DNA of 64,000 nt from Microthyrium microscopicum (lineage: Eukaryota). The stretch is from assembly GCA_010405405.1 (NCBI GenBank), contig MU004239.1, positions 1,318,722 through 1,382,721 on the forward strand, given 5' to 3'. Of the stretch, positions 24,708 through 38,831 are shown one piece after another. Position 1 is the first letter of the stretch. The number at the start of each line of letters is the position of its first letter. The notes beneath the pieces are model-generated. The model saw nothing but the letters and a program-made list of their open reading frames with translations, made no database searches and was not told the DNA's origin. Position numbers and translations under genes: made by a program.

Positions 24708-27335
24708 TGGGTGATGGGATGTTGTAGGGTGTCAGTGATCGTTGCTTTTGCTTCTAGCTAGAATGAATTTGTTATATGTTGATAGATCAGTTTGATGGAC
24801 CTTGCGTTGCATCTTATAACCACCAGGAGGACAATTCAAACAACGGCAAACATGGACTTGGCAACACAAGATGGCCACATAAGGTATTGTGTGATTGTAC
24901 ATCTCAAAGAGATTTAGGCAAACGGTCTCAGTGACTTTGATCAAATGTGTTCGAACACACGGGGAATGCGAAGCAATTAACATTGAAGTCAAATTATTGT
25001 CATATGCATGAAATACAAATAGCATAATCATTCTGTATGCTGAGACGAGATTTCTTAGACTCTGATCTGCCGAGCATACATGCAGAAAGAAACTACCCCA
25101 GTCATGAATTCTAAGAGCTTTTCAGCTTGCTCGAAGAGCTTAGATTTTCCCACGGGCTGTGTCGCTGATATTTGCTCGTCTCGTGTCTAGACTTGTATGT
25201 CCGAGAAAACGTTGAATCATATGGATACCTATACAAAGGTGTACCACGAATGGCCAGTGTAATACACGAAGTGAAGGAAGCATGGTTTGGTGAACAGAAA
25301 CTATCTGAGGGTACTAGTAGTTGAATTAAGGTTTTGCCTAATTTTGCAAATCTGGAAAGAGCATGAGAGTTGTGCCTTCCATTTAAGCAGAGATCTAGAT
25401 ACTCCCACGCGACAGCGTCTGATGAAATGAGCTAAGAAACCACGTGCTTACCCTGACTCCGGATCGGTCTAAAGATAGAACGCAAGAAAAACACACATTT
25501 CCCATCGTAAAAAGACAAATTTTGCGAGCTGAAGAAGGATATTGAGATTAGTTACGATTTGGACGACCATCAGGCTGTTCAGCCTTGTCAATGTCTCACA
25601 CTAATGGAAAACGTGGGGGTTGGCGAAACAGTCTCACTGTCCGGCGCGCCAATGAACTTGCGGCTGATCGGTTCTACCCATTTTCAGGCGTTTGGTAATT
25701 GAACTTCTGAGCCCGCGCTCGTTTGTAAGGAATTAAATCAGTAGAAATCGGGTGCGACATGGAATTGAGAGCAGATTAAGTCGAAACGCTCGGTCTGCAG
25801 AGATGGCAGATTTAGGAAGGCGAGATCTACCAATTACAAACGTCCAAATTTAAGAGAATTTAAATCAGGAAAGCCGACACGCGGAACTTGTGCGTTGCAT
25901 CAAGCCCCGGGAACTATCCGCACTTAGCGTTGCACGAGGCTGGGAAGAGGATTTGCAAAGGCAACCTTTCGTCTGGCCTCCCCACCTGTGATTTCCTTTC
26001 AAATAATGACCGGTTTTGCATAGAAACAATTATAAACCCCGCATCTTGGAGTCAAATTTGAAAACATGTTACAAAACAAATACCTGCCTCGATAGGTTTT
26101 TGGCTTGGTGCATGTTTTCTTGGTGGGCTGAAAATGGATTCAGACATTGTAAGGCTGCTGCAAAGTTCCGAACGGCGCGAAACAGCGGCAGAGAGCGAAA
26201 CCTGCAGCTGGCGAGGAAAAATAGGCTTCTGCTTGCGAAAGTGTGCTCGTGTACGACACTGGCACTGTCGGCGAATGGCAAGGGTCGGTCATCTTCCCTT
26301 TAGCCGGTGCAAACGAGTAAACAACAATAAATTCTCTCGTCATGGGTGTATCGTGATCTTCACATGAGAAAGAGGCCGCTATGGCAAATATATGAGTTTG
26401 GTCAAGTATTTCTTGCCCTGTACGCCATTAAGACGTAATTTTGTCCCCTAGGATTTGATGATAGCCGGCTTGGCAGATTAGTCTGATGGATGATGGAGGT
26501 GGTGAGATGACAGAGGATAGTTGGAGCCGTGCCAGCCTTGTCGGTTTGTACAACCCTTTGGAAGCATTTGAATGTTCCACAGCAAGCGGGACTCTTTGAG
26601 CTTGTTGGTTGGTTTGGTTTACCCAATGCCAAATGGAGATCCATGCGTAGCAGCGCAAGGCCCTGACCTGGTCGACGCACGCCCACCACCGCCTTGCAGT
26701 CTTGCAGCAGAGAACCCTGTCGTTCCGCTTTGGCACAGACTGCACTCAAGGCACTTTGGGACTCTGCCACTCTTGCAGTTACGCTGCGACGTCCCTAGTC
26801 CACACTGCACAGTGCTACGGGAACCTCGCCATCGCTTTGATCCCCATCTCCTCCCCAGACCTCAATCTCTTCTTCTGTCCGTCAACCTGATTATCGCCAT
26901 CTTCACTCGTCAACCTCCATCAACATCGTGCCTTCCCTATTCAGGACCGCCAACCATACCTGCGCTCCTGACTACTGGGACCTTTGCTCATAGCTCCTTC
27001 CGCTAGTTCCCCACACCCCCTTCCTGCGCCGGACCTGTCTCCAACGCTACTGCCTTCTGAACACAACACTACCACGAGTCTTCTCCAACTTCACTCCATC
27101 CCCAAAATCATCCGCCCATTGCGCAAACACCATTGCCAGTATCTTGCCGCCTCCCGTGTCACTATCCTCTTACCCGCATCTTCACTCCTACTGCTGCCTT
27201 CCCGCTGCCCGCAGTTAAATATCCTGCGCCGCCTACCCTTCCGCACCCCTTCAAACCGCTGCTCCCTGCCTTCTTCTCCACACACATCTCAATCCACCAA
27301 TACAATCATCGCTGCGCCAGTTCAATCTGCCCAGC

Positions 27336-29514
27336 ATGTCTGCTTGGAGCACTCAGCAGAATCGCGGGAACCCTCCCGCTGCCCGATTCAATGAATTGCT
27401 CGATCAGCTAAAGCTGGAATTCAACAATCAACATGAGCGCGCTGAAAACAATGACAGCCAACGTAAGTTTGGTTCACTCTCGCTATATAGCTGCGGTTAT
27501 TCCCTTTTCATTTCAGTCAATGAAGACCTCTATTCTACTCTACTTTTGTCTTAATCTCTGTCTACTGTTTTGTTCGTAGATCCTGGCACATGTCAGATTT
27601 GGGATTGCTTTTTGCTTTAACGCCTCTTTTATTTCAACGTTCTCCTAGATCATATACCAGTTGCTAATCAGTACTTTACTTATAGTCGCCAACCAAATGC
27701 ATGAAATGGAAAACATCCGAAGGAAGCTCTGGGAATTAGAGCAACAGCAGACTGCTATGAAGAAGAAGTAAGCGCTTTCCCAATCACTAATTGACATTGT
27801 CTCTGATCACTCCTAGCTATGAAGCAGAGCTCACTGCACTCCGGCGTGAGCTCGATGTTAGAGGTGGAGTTGGTATGCATGTAGGAGGATCTAGTCATAA
27901 TCAACCTCCACCACCTCAAGTTGGGCATGGATCGAGCAATCACTTTGGTGGTATAATGGCTGGCGGTGGTGGGTCTCAAGGAGGCCCTGGACTTGCTCCT
28001 CCTCCTCCAGAGCCAGCACAACCACAAGGTCTTCCGGGACATCTTAGTCAAGCTCCTCCTGGTCCTGCTCCTGGCCTGCCTCAACCACCATTCTCAAGCT
28101 ATCCACCTCAATCTGCCAATGGCGAGAATCATCCTCCTGAGCCACTCCGCAATGCAGGAGGGCATCTGCCATACGCAGGATTTCCTCCTCAGCCACCTCA
28201 ACCTACCCAGTCTCCTGGTCCCAACCGTAATCGTGGTCCGCGAGGTCCACCAGGCCCTGCGACTCCTCAACAATCCGCTTCTGCTCCATATCCAGGCTCT
28301 CCTCATATCCCTCGTCCAACACCTCCTCCAGGGCAGCCTCACAATAACAACAACTTGCCCAGAAATCTTCAGGTTGGTAACTGTCTTGCCGAACTTGAAG
28401 TGGAGACTGTGCCTCAGAACTTGAAACGCGAGGGACAGGACTGGTATGCAGTTTTCAACCCGGCTGTCCGCCGCCTATTGGATGTTGAGCTTGTCCATAC
28501 ACTTCTTCACTCTAGTGTGGTATGCTGCGTTCGCTTCAGCCAAGATGGCCGATACGTCGCCACTGGTTGCAATAGACTCGCTCAAATTTTTGACGTCAAT
28601 ACTGGTGAACCAGTCGCTACATTACAAGAGCATAACGTTCCAGATGACGGCGACTTGTATATTCGCAGCGTTTGCTTCAGCCCAGATGGCAAGTACCTTG
28701 CTACAGGTGCTGAAGATAAAGTCATCCGCGTATGGGAAATTACCACTGGCAAGATTACCAACACATTCACGGGACATGACCAAGATATCTACAGTCTCGA
28801 CTTTGCTCGCAACGGCCGACTTATTGCATCTGGTAGTGGTGATCGCACAGTCCGTCTTTGGGACGTTGAGACCAATCAACAAGTCCTCATGCTCACCATT
28901 GACGATGGTGTCACCACCGTCTCCGTCTCGCCTAACAGTCAATATGTAGCCGCCGGCTCGCTTGACAAGAGCGTTCGCGTCTGGACCATTGACGGTCAAA
29001 TGGTTGCTCGTCTCGAGGGTCATGAAGGACATCGTGATAGTGTCTACAGTGTAGCCTTCTCTCCCAATGGACAAACGCTTGTCAGCGGTAGCTTGGACAA
29101 GACCATCAAGATGTGGGATCTTAGCAACCCAGCTCACGGCACTCGCTGTGTTCGCACCTTTGAAGGTCACAAGGACTTTGTGCTCAGTGTCGCTCTGACT
29201 ATAGATGGTCAGTGGGTACTCAGTGGTTCAAAAGACAGAGGTGTTCAATTTTGGGACCCCCGAACGGGTACTGCCCAACTCATGCTTCAAGGGCATAAAA
29301 ATTCTGGTAAGTACCTCCCCATAACCAAAGACTACCACACATCAAATACTAACAACCTCCATAGTTATATCAGTGGCTCCAAGCCCTATGGGCGATTTGT
29401 TCGCGACCGGCAGTGGTGATCTACGAGCCAGAATCTGGCGGTACGTTACCTCAACTCATCCCTTTGACCAAACACTAACCACCATCCAGATACAAGATGT
29501 ACCAGGGCATGTAA
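27336..29514 (+). CDS. TUP1: WD40 transcriptional corepressor Tup1/Rco-1/RcoA; exons 27336-27462, 27686-27767, 27817-29306, 29365-29440, 29490-29514
   Basis: Tup_N helix RFNELLDQLKLEF...HEMENIRRKLWELEQ...YEAELTALRREL, a P/G linker, and WD40 repeats with HSSVVCCVRFS, GDLYIRSVCFSPDGKYLATGAED and LQGHKNSVISVA. Confidence 0.97.
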
Positions 29515-32500
29515 ACCGGTCGACACTGCATTGCTACCCTTCAGTCATAGTCAAATTCTCATTATGTTTATTTCTTGTTGGTGATACTCTGCAATTCACG
29601 AATCTTTCTCTCACGGCTCTCTCTCTCTCTATTAGTTCTCTATCTTCCTCCCCACAATTTACCCGGCTTTTCCCCCTCCCCTCTATATTCCGTTGGGGCT
29701 TGTCATTTCTTGTGTTTTCGTTGCGGTGGGGGTACTTGGGGTTTTTACTACGATGGGATATATTATGCGTGGGTGATCTATGTTTCTTGGTTGATGATTT
29801 TGATGGGGCTCGATATGGCCTTGAAATGCTGGGGCTTATGTCTCTGGGTGCATATGGACAACAGCGGGCTTTGTAGCTTTGCGATATTTATTTGTAGTTC
29901 TGGGGTTCGTTAGGACTGAAATGGATGCTGTTTGTTATAGGTGCGTGTCTGTGTTTGTGGTGATGTGATGTGCGAGGCGAGGTTGTGATTGCTGGGGTGA
30001 TCTGAGGAAGTTGGTTGAGGGATAGGGGTTGGCTGCGTTAACTTGGACATTAGGAGATTTAGATGGTGAGAGATTGGGATTCAGGGGGATATATTTAAGA
30101 GTCAAAGATGTCGACATATGCAAGACTCAAATCGTCGACACTCGAAAATATCTCGACAGTTCTAGCTTGACAAGTACAAGGAGGCAGTAGTCCTACTATC
30201 CTCGTAATGCTGGTTTTTATCACTTGGTGAAGGCAGAGAGATGGTAGGATACAAAAGCACAGCTGGACACACCATTTGAACGATATTGGCTTCAGTAAAT
30301 CATCTCACAGCGGACTTTTCACGACAGCATCCCACTGGCATTTGTTTCTCTTTGCACATGTCGTCGACTGCCGGAACCTTGCTAACTGGCGTTTTCATCA
30401 CGTTCAAAATCGGGTCTGTAGTCTTCCAGATCCGCCACGATATGTCAATGCTAGCCAGCAAGATTTAGCTGGATAAGAATTCAGGCTGTTACGAAACATT
30501 TGATCGTTCACTCAAGACAAAGTCATATCGTCAAAACATACCATCCATCCCATTTCTACAGCAGACTTCGCCAAGCGAACGTGTACAGCATCGATTTTGA
30601 AGAACTGGAATTTCCGCGGATGTTGAAGGGAAATACAAGCACCCGACAGTCATGCAGAGACAAGAAAGCAGCTGTGACGCGCATCTCAGCCTTCTTCGCG
30701 GTCTCTTGGATTTTTTCAACATCCAATGTTCCTGTGACACTCTCAACTATTAGTCTTCCTGGACGTGGCACTGACAGCTTGGCGATTCTGCGCAGGAGAG
30801 GTTGAAGTTGTAGCATGATTTGTTTTGTTCAAAGGGAGCACATGTTATTGGCTGTATGTCTGACGTTTGGTGGTGTTGCTGCGAACTGCCAGAACGTTAA
30901 GCTTTGGGGGTTGGTGACTGATGCCGTCCGAAAAGCATGGTTCTTCGCTGTTCTTCAGTGGTTCTAGGGATATGTGACTTCGAGTTTCTAACGAATCTTC
31001 AAATATAGCTTGTAGCACGCATTGGACACAGAGTAGTCAGACTATAATTGACAGCCGATAGTATCAAGCTAGTCGAGAAGATTCAGTGAACCTACCTATA
31101 TTGCACTTCCCCTATGGTTATATCGTACCACATATTCGGATTTATGTGGCCGACCATGCCGTCTCGTGTTGCTGCTGCATAATCTTAATAGCTCTTAGCC
31201 ACACGTTAAAGTTCTGCAGATACTGTAGATTGTTAAACAGTGCTCATTCAATACTTTACTCAGCCAACCCGCGCTTGTAACAGCCCATGAGCTTTGAAAG
31301 GCAAAGAAATTATAGAGAATTCGTACCTATCAAGCTTCGGCCTAGGCCATCGTTGTTCCATGTGGCTTCATAATTCGCAATCATAACGGTCAATACTTGA
31401 GCCCCACACAAATGTATGCAAATATAGATTTATTTTGATAAGAGCCACACTTTACTACCCCACATCTTCTCGCCCCATTACTTACCGTGCCTGATATTAG
31501 GTGGTCAAGTATCCCTGTAGGGAGGTAAGTATTATGTCACACTGCCAAATTGCTAGCGCAATCATTGAGCGCGGCCTTGAATCCATCACAGCATGAAATT
31601 ACCCGACGGCTTACTGCGTAAGAAATCCAAGTTCACAACATCAAATATCAACCATCTGCTTGCGCTTCAGAACCGAGCTTAGCGCAGATAAATCTCATGC
31701 TGTCCTAATCTCAAGCCATCCTATCCCAAAGACAATTCATGCCTGAAATCAACAACCCCACGCCAAAATTAAACAGCTTGGCAAATCGAATTTACCTTAC
31801 AACCACATCTCTGAGTATTTCAATGTCGTGTCCGGATTGGCCCCGCGCTCAGCACACCTCTCCTACTCCTTGTCAACCACCATGCCACTTGCTCACCACA
31901 CACCACCTGGGCAATCGGCGAGACAGGCCTCCGCAGGATCGGTTTTCACAGCTCTGGGACACATTTCAGCTGGCTATCTGTCAGCTTGACAGCGGAAACC
32001 CCGGGAATCGACCGAGTCGGCAGGCTAAGCCGTGAACCTACTGGGATGGTCTAGCCAGTCGTAATCCAGGACGCTGTGAGAGATTAGACGAACCGGTATG
32101 CCGGATCGGGGAGACCTTGTGTGTTCTATTCTTATGAATTTGGGTGGATGCCGGCTAGTCGGAACGCCAGTGTGACGTGCTCTTGTGTTACAGAGTATCT
32201 CCTAACTTCATTGAAAGTTCCCAGTTGTCTGGTATGCCATCATTGATGCAAAATGAAAGTGGCAATGAGCAAGGTTGATCTGGCTAAGTTTTCGGCATGC
32301 TCTGCGCTGGTGGTTGTGAGCGCGTTGACGCAACAATCATGCTATCGAATCATGGCCTATTGCTATGGTAAACTTGAGCAATAAGGTAGCATTTACTAGC
32401 AGATAACCTGACCCAATAATCAGAAAAGATACTAGACATTCATCTTGATCCAAAGAGTACCCAGGGCCCGGGTGGAAAATAGGTATAGCAAATGTCTGCC

Positions 32501-35500
32501 AATGGTGCCTGCTGAAGTGACATGTACATCAATTAGTGATGCTTGCTCCCACATGGCAATCAACTTCATTGATTTTCCATAGAATGTTCGACGAGCAAGA
32601 GAAGTAAGTCGTAGAAACGATTCTTCTCGACTGTTCATGGTATTTCCGAGGGTGTGCAGTTCTCAAGTTTGGTTACTTGCTTGCTGGGAACGACTAATGC
32701 ATCGCCAAAGAATAGCAGAGAGACGTATAAATTGCTTTGTGTACATTGTTGACGGACACCAAACTCCAAACCTCATTATCTCGCCGTGGAGACTCGCACT
32801 CTTATGTAAAGGGACAAGCGGTTGATAGGAGGATTGTGTTGGTCAGCTTAGTTGCTCCTAAATCGCACAAGGACTTTTCATCAGAAAGTGACCATGGCTT
32901 TAGTTTGAGCTTCCCGTGAAAATCCAGGTAACGAAAGTGAATATCTTACTCATCTAGGAGTGAACTTCAGATATTCTACGTTTGGTTTGAAACTACCTTT
33001 GAATACATCTAATACACTGTTGAGCTTCATGCAGGTCTCTTCCCATGGGCCATGGCAATATCAGCTAATTGTAAGGCGTTATACTACTTGGGTATGCTTA
33101 CATTTGCAATTCCATGTTTATCACAGATGATAGATCTAGCTGCATACCGCAAAAGTCAGGCTAAGAAAATGTAAACTGCATGCAGTCACTTCGAGGAGCT
33201 TAGCTGCTTAGGTACTTCTCGTCCATTGGCGCCATGCGATATTCTTAAACTGACTACAATTGTTCACAGAATCGCAATTTCCCGGAAGCGGACCATAGGG
33301 GCCGTTTCTCTTCGAAAGATATTGTCTTAGCTCATCTACATCTTCTTATCTAGACTAGATCTAAAATATCAGCAGTTGAGTAACTACAAAGGCCTCCGGA
33401 TCGAAGCGCGGAGACATTGCAGCGTAAAAGCTCATGGAGAAGAATCAATGAGGACAATGCGTACACGCAGCTTGGGCGATTCACTTGACTAGGTATATAC
33501 TGGTAGATTATGGCTTCTAATTCATGGAGGAACTGTAGCCATTTGACGTTGCCTAACATATTCTCCTCTTGTTCTGGGCAGTGCCCCATCTCAAGCACAA
33601 GAGCTTCTCAAGAACGTGCGATCGTCTGAGCAGACATAGGCGTTGGACTGACAACTTATTTCATAAAAAACGGCCACGCAGCCCCAAATAAAAGGACAGT
33701 ATGCTATATGTCCCCCGGCGGTTCGTTGACTAGCAGTCTAGCATGTAGTCACTGATTCAGTGAATGATGGCAGATATCGGCTGCCAAGAATCGCACTCAT
33801 GAGATTATGGGGCTATGGTCCAAGCCCCTTGATGTTAGTTCTATGCAGATATTGCTCGGAGTAACATGAGTATAAATGGACTGATGATCACAGTGCTCGA
33901 ACATCACGGAAGGTGGTACTGCGATGTTCCATTAGGTATCGTAGCCTGGTTTAAAAGTTAATACTAATCCTCTGTCTACATTAGCCGATATGAATTATTC
34001 GCGCCTATTCATACTTGCTCTCACTCTCCAAGAGAAGATGATAATAGTCAAGATTTCCGGAGATGTGAGTCGCTACTTACAGTTTGCGCACTTTTTTCTC
34101 GCGATAGTGGAAAATAATGCAGCCAGATATACTGCACAATCAAGAGATATCGCCTCAATCGCTCTATCATATGCATTACAGTGTCTGAACTGAAAGCATG
34201 CAATAGCGCTGATGTCAATAATGCACATAAACACATGCAAGGCACTCGTTCAACGTCCGAAGGATTTATTGGATATTGTGTATGACTTTAACGCTTGGTG
34301 GGCTCATAATCAGTTTCTAGATAATTGTCAGATACCTCATACAAATCTTGATAAAGGTGTTAGAAGGAACAACCACTATTATAACATAACCATAATAGCG
34401 CCCCAGACATCTATTGATGTATCACAATCTCATGCCATTGATGCATATTTTCCCATCTCTAATATAACAATTCTACAAGCTGACCAGAATTATCGTTACA
34501 AAGATGCCTCAAATCAGTGTCTAGTACATTGCTTCTTCTGATTCCTTCAAGTATAAACAATTCTCTATCTAAGTATGGAACTGCATTTGGCGACATTTTT
34601 TATTGATGGTGAACTCAGAGCTCTTAGTCTCTTGCTTGCACTTCGTTTGCATGACTAGAGTACTCTCCAGCATCACTGGTCAGAAGTACCGCAGTGCGGT
34701 ATCTATTGCTACTGAGCTTCTTGCTGCCGCTAATAGTAAGAGCTATGAAGCATCAGCTATTGAGCAGAGCTAGACCACTATTGATTAGAGAAAACATTGT
34801 CAACTGTTGGCAGCTCGCAGGCAGGGTAGGTACACCGTATACTCATCTGACTTCAGCTTGCGAAGGCAACTGAGTCAATGATAAAAACCGAACTTCTCTT
34901 GGATCAAACCGGTGGATACTCTTTCAAAGTCGTTCGGGTACAATCTACTTCCGTCATCCCCATGAAACCATGATTTGGGTCACATTCCCGGTCACTCAGC
35001 TCGTGGTTCACCTATGATATCAGTATGATTCAGATGTCAGATTTTCTTTCGAAGACAGATGTCTGCAGCTAGGGATCGCACCGTCTGCAGCACAACTCTT
35101 TACGGCAAGCCTTAAGTTTCATGATTTTGTATAAAAAACATCAAGCTCGTCGAGCACATATCAAGACTTTGAGATATCTCGTTGGATTTTGGTAGCCTCA
35201 GGCTGCAAGCGTCAAGGCACGCATGCAGGGCTGAAATGCACGCTATATCAATTGGGATAGTGAACCAGGCCCCCGGGTTCTGCATAGCTTGGGTGACAAA
35301 AGCAACTTGCGTAAAAACGTAACGTAATCGGCCAAATTATCTGTTCAAGATTCCAGAGCGTTTCCCTCTTTGACAAAGATTCCCGCGCAGTACTGATTGG
35401 CGGCAGTGCAAATTCAATGTCAAATCGAGCGGGGAGGAGCCTGGATGGAAAGGAATGTCTTGACCACAGCTTCGGGACCTTCCATCCTGGAAACATGCCC

Positions 35501-37222
35501 TTCAAGACAGTTATTTGGTCTTGAGCAACCTTGCCTGTCAACTGGCTTTGCTATATGAAGGACCTCTCCACTTAAGTCTGGTGTTGTGTGTCCAAATTCC
35601 AGCTGTAGAGGGATCCAATGACGTGCCTATCGCCACAGTCACCTTGCAGTCAATGACTGGCTGTGGGCGTCGGGCGTAGATAATACGGACTTCAACTCCA
35701 AGATACTGGTCCTGGGGAAGGAAAAAGGGGTTGTGAAATAGTGGTTATTCAGCCACGACCAGGTCGTACGCTTGCCTAGAAATGGCCCTGGCCCAACAAC
35801 CTGGATACAACTTGCCCAATCATTCTGCAGTGTTTCAACCTAAAGGTCCCGAACAGGATCTTGGAGAGCGTCACGAAACAGCGGCTCTTCGGCATCACAT
35901 CGCTTCCCGGCTCGACAGACGCTGTCTCGCTGAGAGACATTAAGCTGCGCATAAATCTTGCGGGCATATCCAGGAACTGGCAACAACCCAGACGAGCGGT
36001 CCCTTGAAGACATTTTGGTCTTCATCTAACCATCTTGTCTCAAGCCATAGCCGAACATGCCGAAACCTTTGCAGCATCGGGGATCGTAGCCATTCATCAA
36101 CCCAAGTTGAACACTCGCTATGTTGACTTGTTCAGGCCCTGGCTTTGTCAGAGCTGCATCATGACCGTAATCTTTCCATCAACAGCGAATGAAAGTGTTG
36201 CAATGACGCTTGTCATTTCGCGACTGTCTTGCCAGTTTGAAGAATGTAACTGGCAACAAGAACCCCCTTCGCCAGGAAAGTCCTACCCCCACCCGATTGC
36301 TCGAAGGCTTCCGGCCCGCTCAGATTAGTGCAGGCGCCGACGAGCGAAGACTGGCGTGGGGACAAGCTCTCTGCTGAGGGCGGACCGACGGGAGTTTTAG
36401 GGAGGGTTTCCATCATCCGAGCTTTTGCAGACAGGTCTGTGAGTTCGCTGGGCTTGCCGGCAGCTCTGCTGAAGGCGTTCAAGGGCACAGACTTTTGCAA
36501 CGCACAAGCTTGGGGTGGATGAAGAGCTTCCTTTTTTTGTTCTTGACAGTTGCGGCAAAAGAACACAATCTGGAGCAGTTCAGAGCACTCACCCCTTCCA
36601 GGAGATAGCAGCGAGTAAGACTATCAACGCAACTATTGCAGGCAATTGCTTGCAGTGGAAGCAGGGTCAATCGACCCGACAGTCTATGATGGATCAAGAC
36701 GAATACAGACTACTGGAGATGCACACACTTGCTCTCTCATGGGGGCAACACCCCCGGTATCCATGGTCTGCCAGTGTGTCTGCGTCCTGCAGGCGAGACT
36801 AACTGCGCTCGCCAGGCTCGCCTTCACCACCCTGGTCAAGCCATGGCGGTCCTCGATCTCTGCTGTCAACTCCTCAGTTGCCATTCATGTCTGGCACTGG
36901 CCGTTCTCTTTTGGGTGGGATGTGGTCTGGCTCTGCTATGTCTATATGTAACTCTTCATCCGCCCCCGATTTGCATCCAGACTTCGCTTCATCAGCCTTG
37001 AGACGCAACCTGTTATATCACATTGACTACTCGGTTGATATTGTTTCTCTTCGCCTATGATCTCTTTATTCTGGAAGTCTATCTCGCTATAGCCTTGATC
37101 ACTCCTTCTTGAATACTCCGTTCTTCAATTATCTTACCCTCGCCGCTCAATCGCCATCAGTAAGGATATATCAATCATCCAACAATAAAGCAATCACCCA
37201 TATAGCTGTACTCAGCCTTACG

Positions 37223-38831
37223 ATGGCAGCAATGGTCGCCCCACAACAATCACAAGCTCTGTGGGATCCGTCAAGACGAAGTGGTCCAGTGATGCACATG
37301 AACTCGATGCCAATGAACTCGATGGTACCAGCAAGTTCCGCCCCTTCAAGTCGATCGTATCATACAAGTCACGTTGAGCTTCAAATGCCAATGTTCCAAC
37401 CTACCAGTGGCCCCGTTTCCATGCCTTTTCAGGCTGGTGCTTATGGGTTCGATATCACAGCTATGAACCAATATCCTGTGCAACAGACCTACAATATGAA
37501 TTACCAACATCCTGTTCCTCCTCCTGCTTCATACCCGCCAAACTCAAATGATATTTCTGCACCAGTCCCTTTGGTGAGGGATGCTCGAAATGCCCTGCCG
37601 TCGATCAGCCGCGAGATCCCAGTCAAATCCGAAGTACACTCACCAACTCACTACAATGACCACTCCACGGAAACCATAAAATCTTCAAGCCCGGATGACG
37701 ATGGACCTTCGATAGTCTTCACCACAGATGTCGATTGTCTTATGCGTGCCATTCAGGCAAAGTCAAATCCCGCTCCTCAGCAAGGTCAAGCACCCTCAGC
37801 ACCTGAGCCCAAGCCAGAAGTAATAGCTCCACCACCGCCACCACCACAACAACATCAAGCACCACCACAGCATCATGAGCCTAGAACAAAGTCACGAAAG
37901 AAGTATTTTTGCAGCATTGATGGATGCAACAAGAGCTTCTTCCAAAAGACCCACTTAGAGATTCACACCAGGGCCCATACAGGGGTCAAGCCATTTGTAA
38001 GAATTCGTCCGAACCCATTTGATTCAATTACTAACGTGGGTCAAGGTATGCAAGGAACCATCTTGTGGACAACGTTTCTCACAACTCGGAAACCTCAAGG
38101 TGAGTGCGGCTCCTCGGTGTTGTCTCATATCAGTCCTAATTGACCTTTAGACACATGAACGCCGTCACACCGGCGAACGGCCTTATCAATGCGACATATG
38201 TGGAAAGACATTTGCTCAACGTGGCAATGTTAGAGCCCATAAGATCGTACATCAACAAATCAAGCCATTTACCTGCAGACTAGACGATTGTGGAAAGCAA
38301 TTTACACAACTGGGCAACTTGAAGGTATGGAAATCTAAATGTTTTTCTTCGGGCATTGCTAACTTTTTGTAGTCGCATCAGAACAAATTTCATCAAAATT
38401 CTCTGCGTTATCTCACCTCAAAATTTGCCAACTATCGCGAGGGCGATCCTGTTACTGCGCAGGACAAGGAACTCTGGGAGTATTTCGCCCTTCTCTACAA
38501 GAACTCCAATAAAGGCATCAAGGGCCGTGGCAAGGACCGCAGAATATCAACAGTGCCTTCCTCCGCTTGCTCCACTACGTCGTTTACATCAACAGCGTCG
38601 TATCCAGGTGTTGCAGCTCCAGCCATGTCAAGAGCTGCCACAAATGGCTCAATGCACGGACACATGTCTGATCGGGATAGTCGGGCATCATCTTATGGAT
38701 CTGCCCATACACATATGGAACCACAACATCAACCCGTGCGCCCTGTTCATCAAATCCCTCAAGGCTATCCCCAGCATTACGAAGAACAGCATTACAACAA
38801 TATGGTGTTCCCAGAACGGAAGTACGTGTGA
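37223..38831 (+). CDS. AZF1: C2H2 zinc-finger transcription factor, Azf1 family; introns 37997-38045, 38100-38150, 38325-38372
   Basis: Four C2H2 fingers after splicing ([51 protein letters not shown]), followed by the Azf1 signature [20 protein letters not shown]. Confidence 0.93.

Noticed and set aside
26402..27335. Several ORFs upstream of TUP1
   Set aside because: C-rich promoter/5' UTR-like sequence; the ORFs are low-complexity and mostly have non-ATG starts.
30300..30816. 86-aa minus-strand ORF with a good start context
   Set aside because: May be a small orphan gene, but I found no homology cue or consistent splice model.
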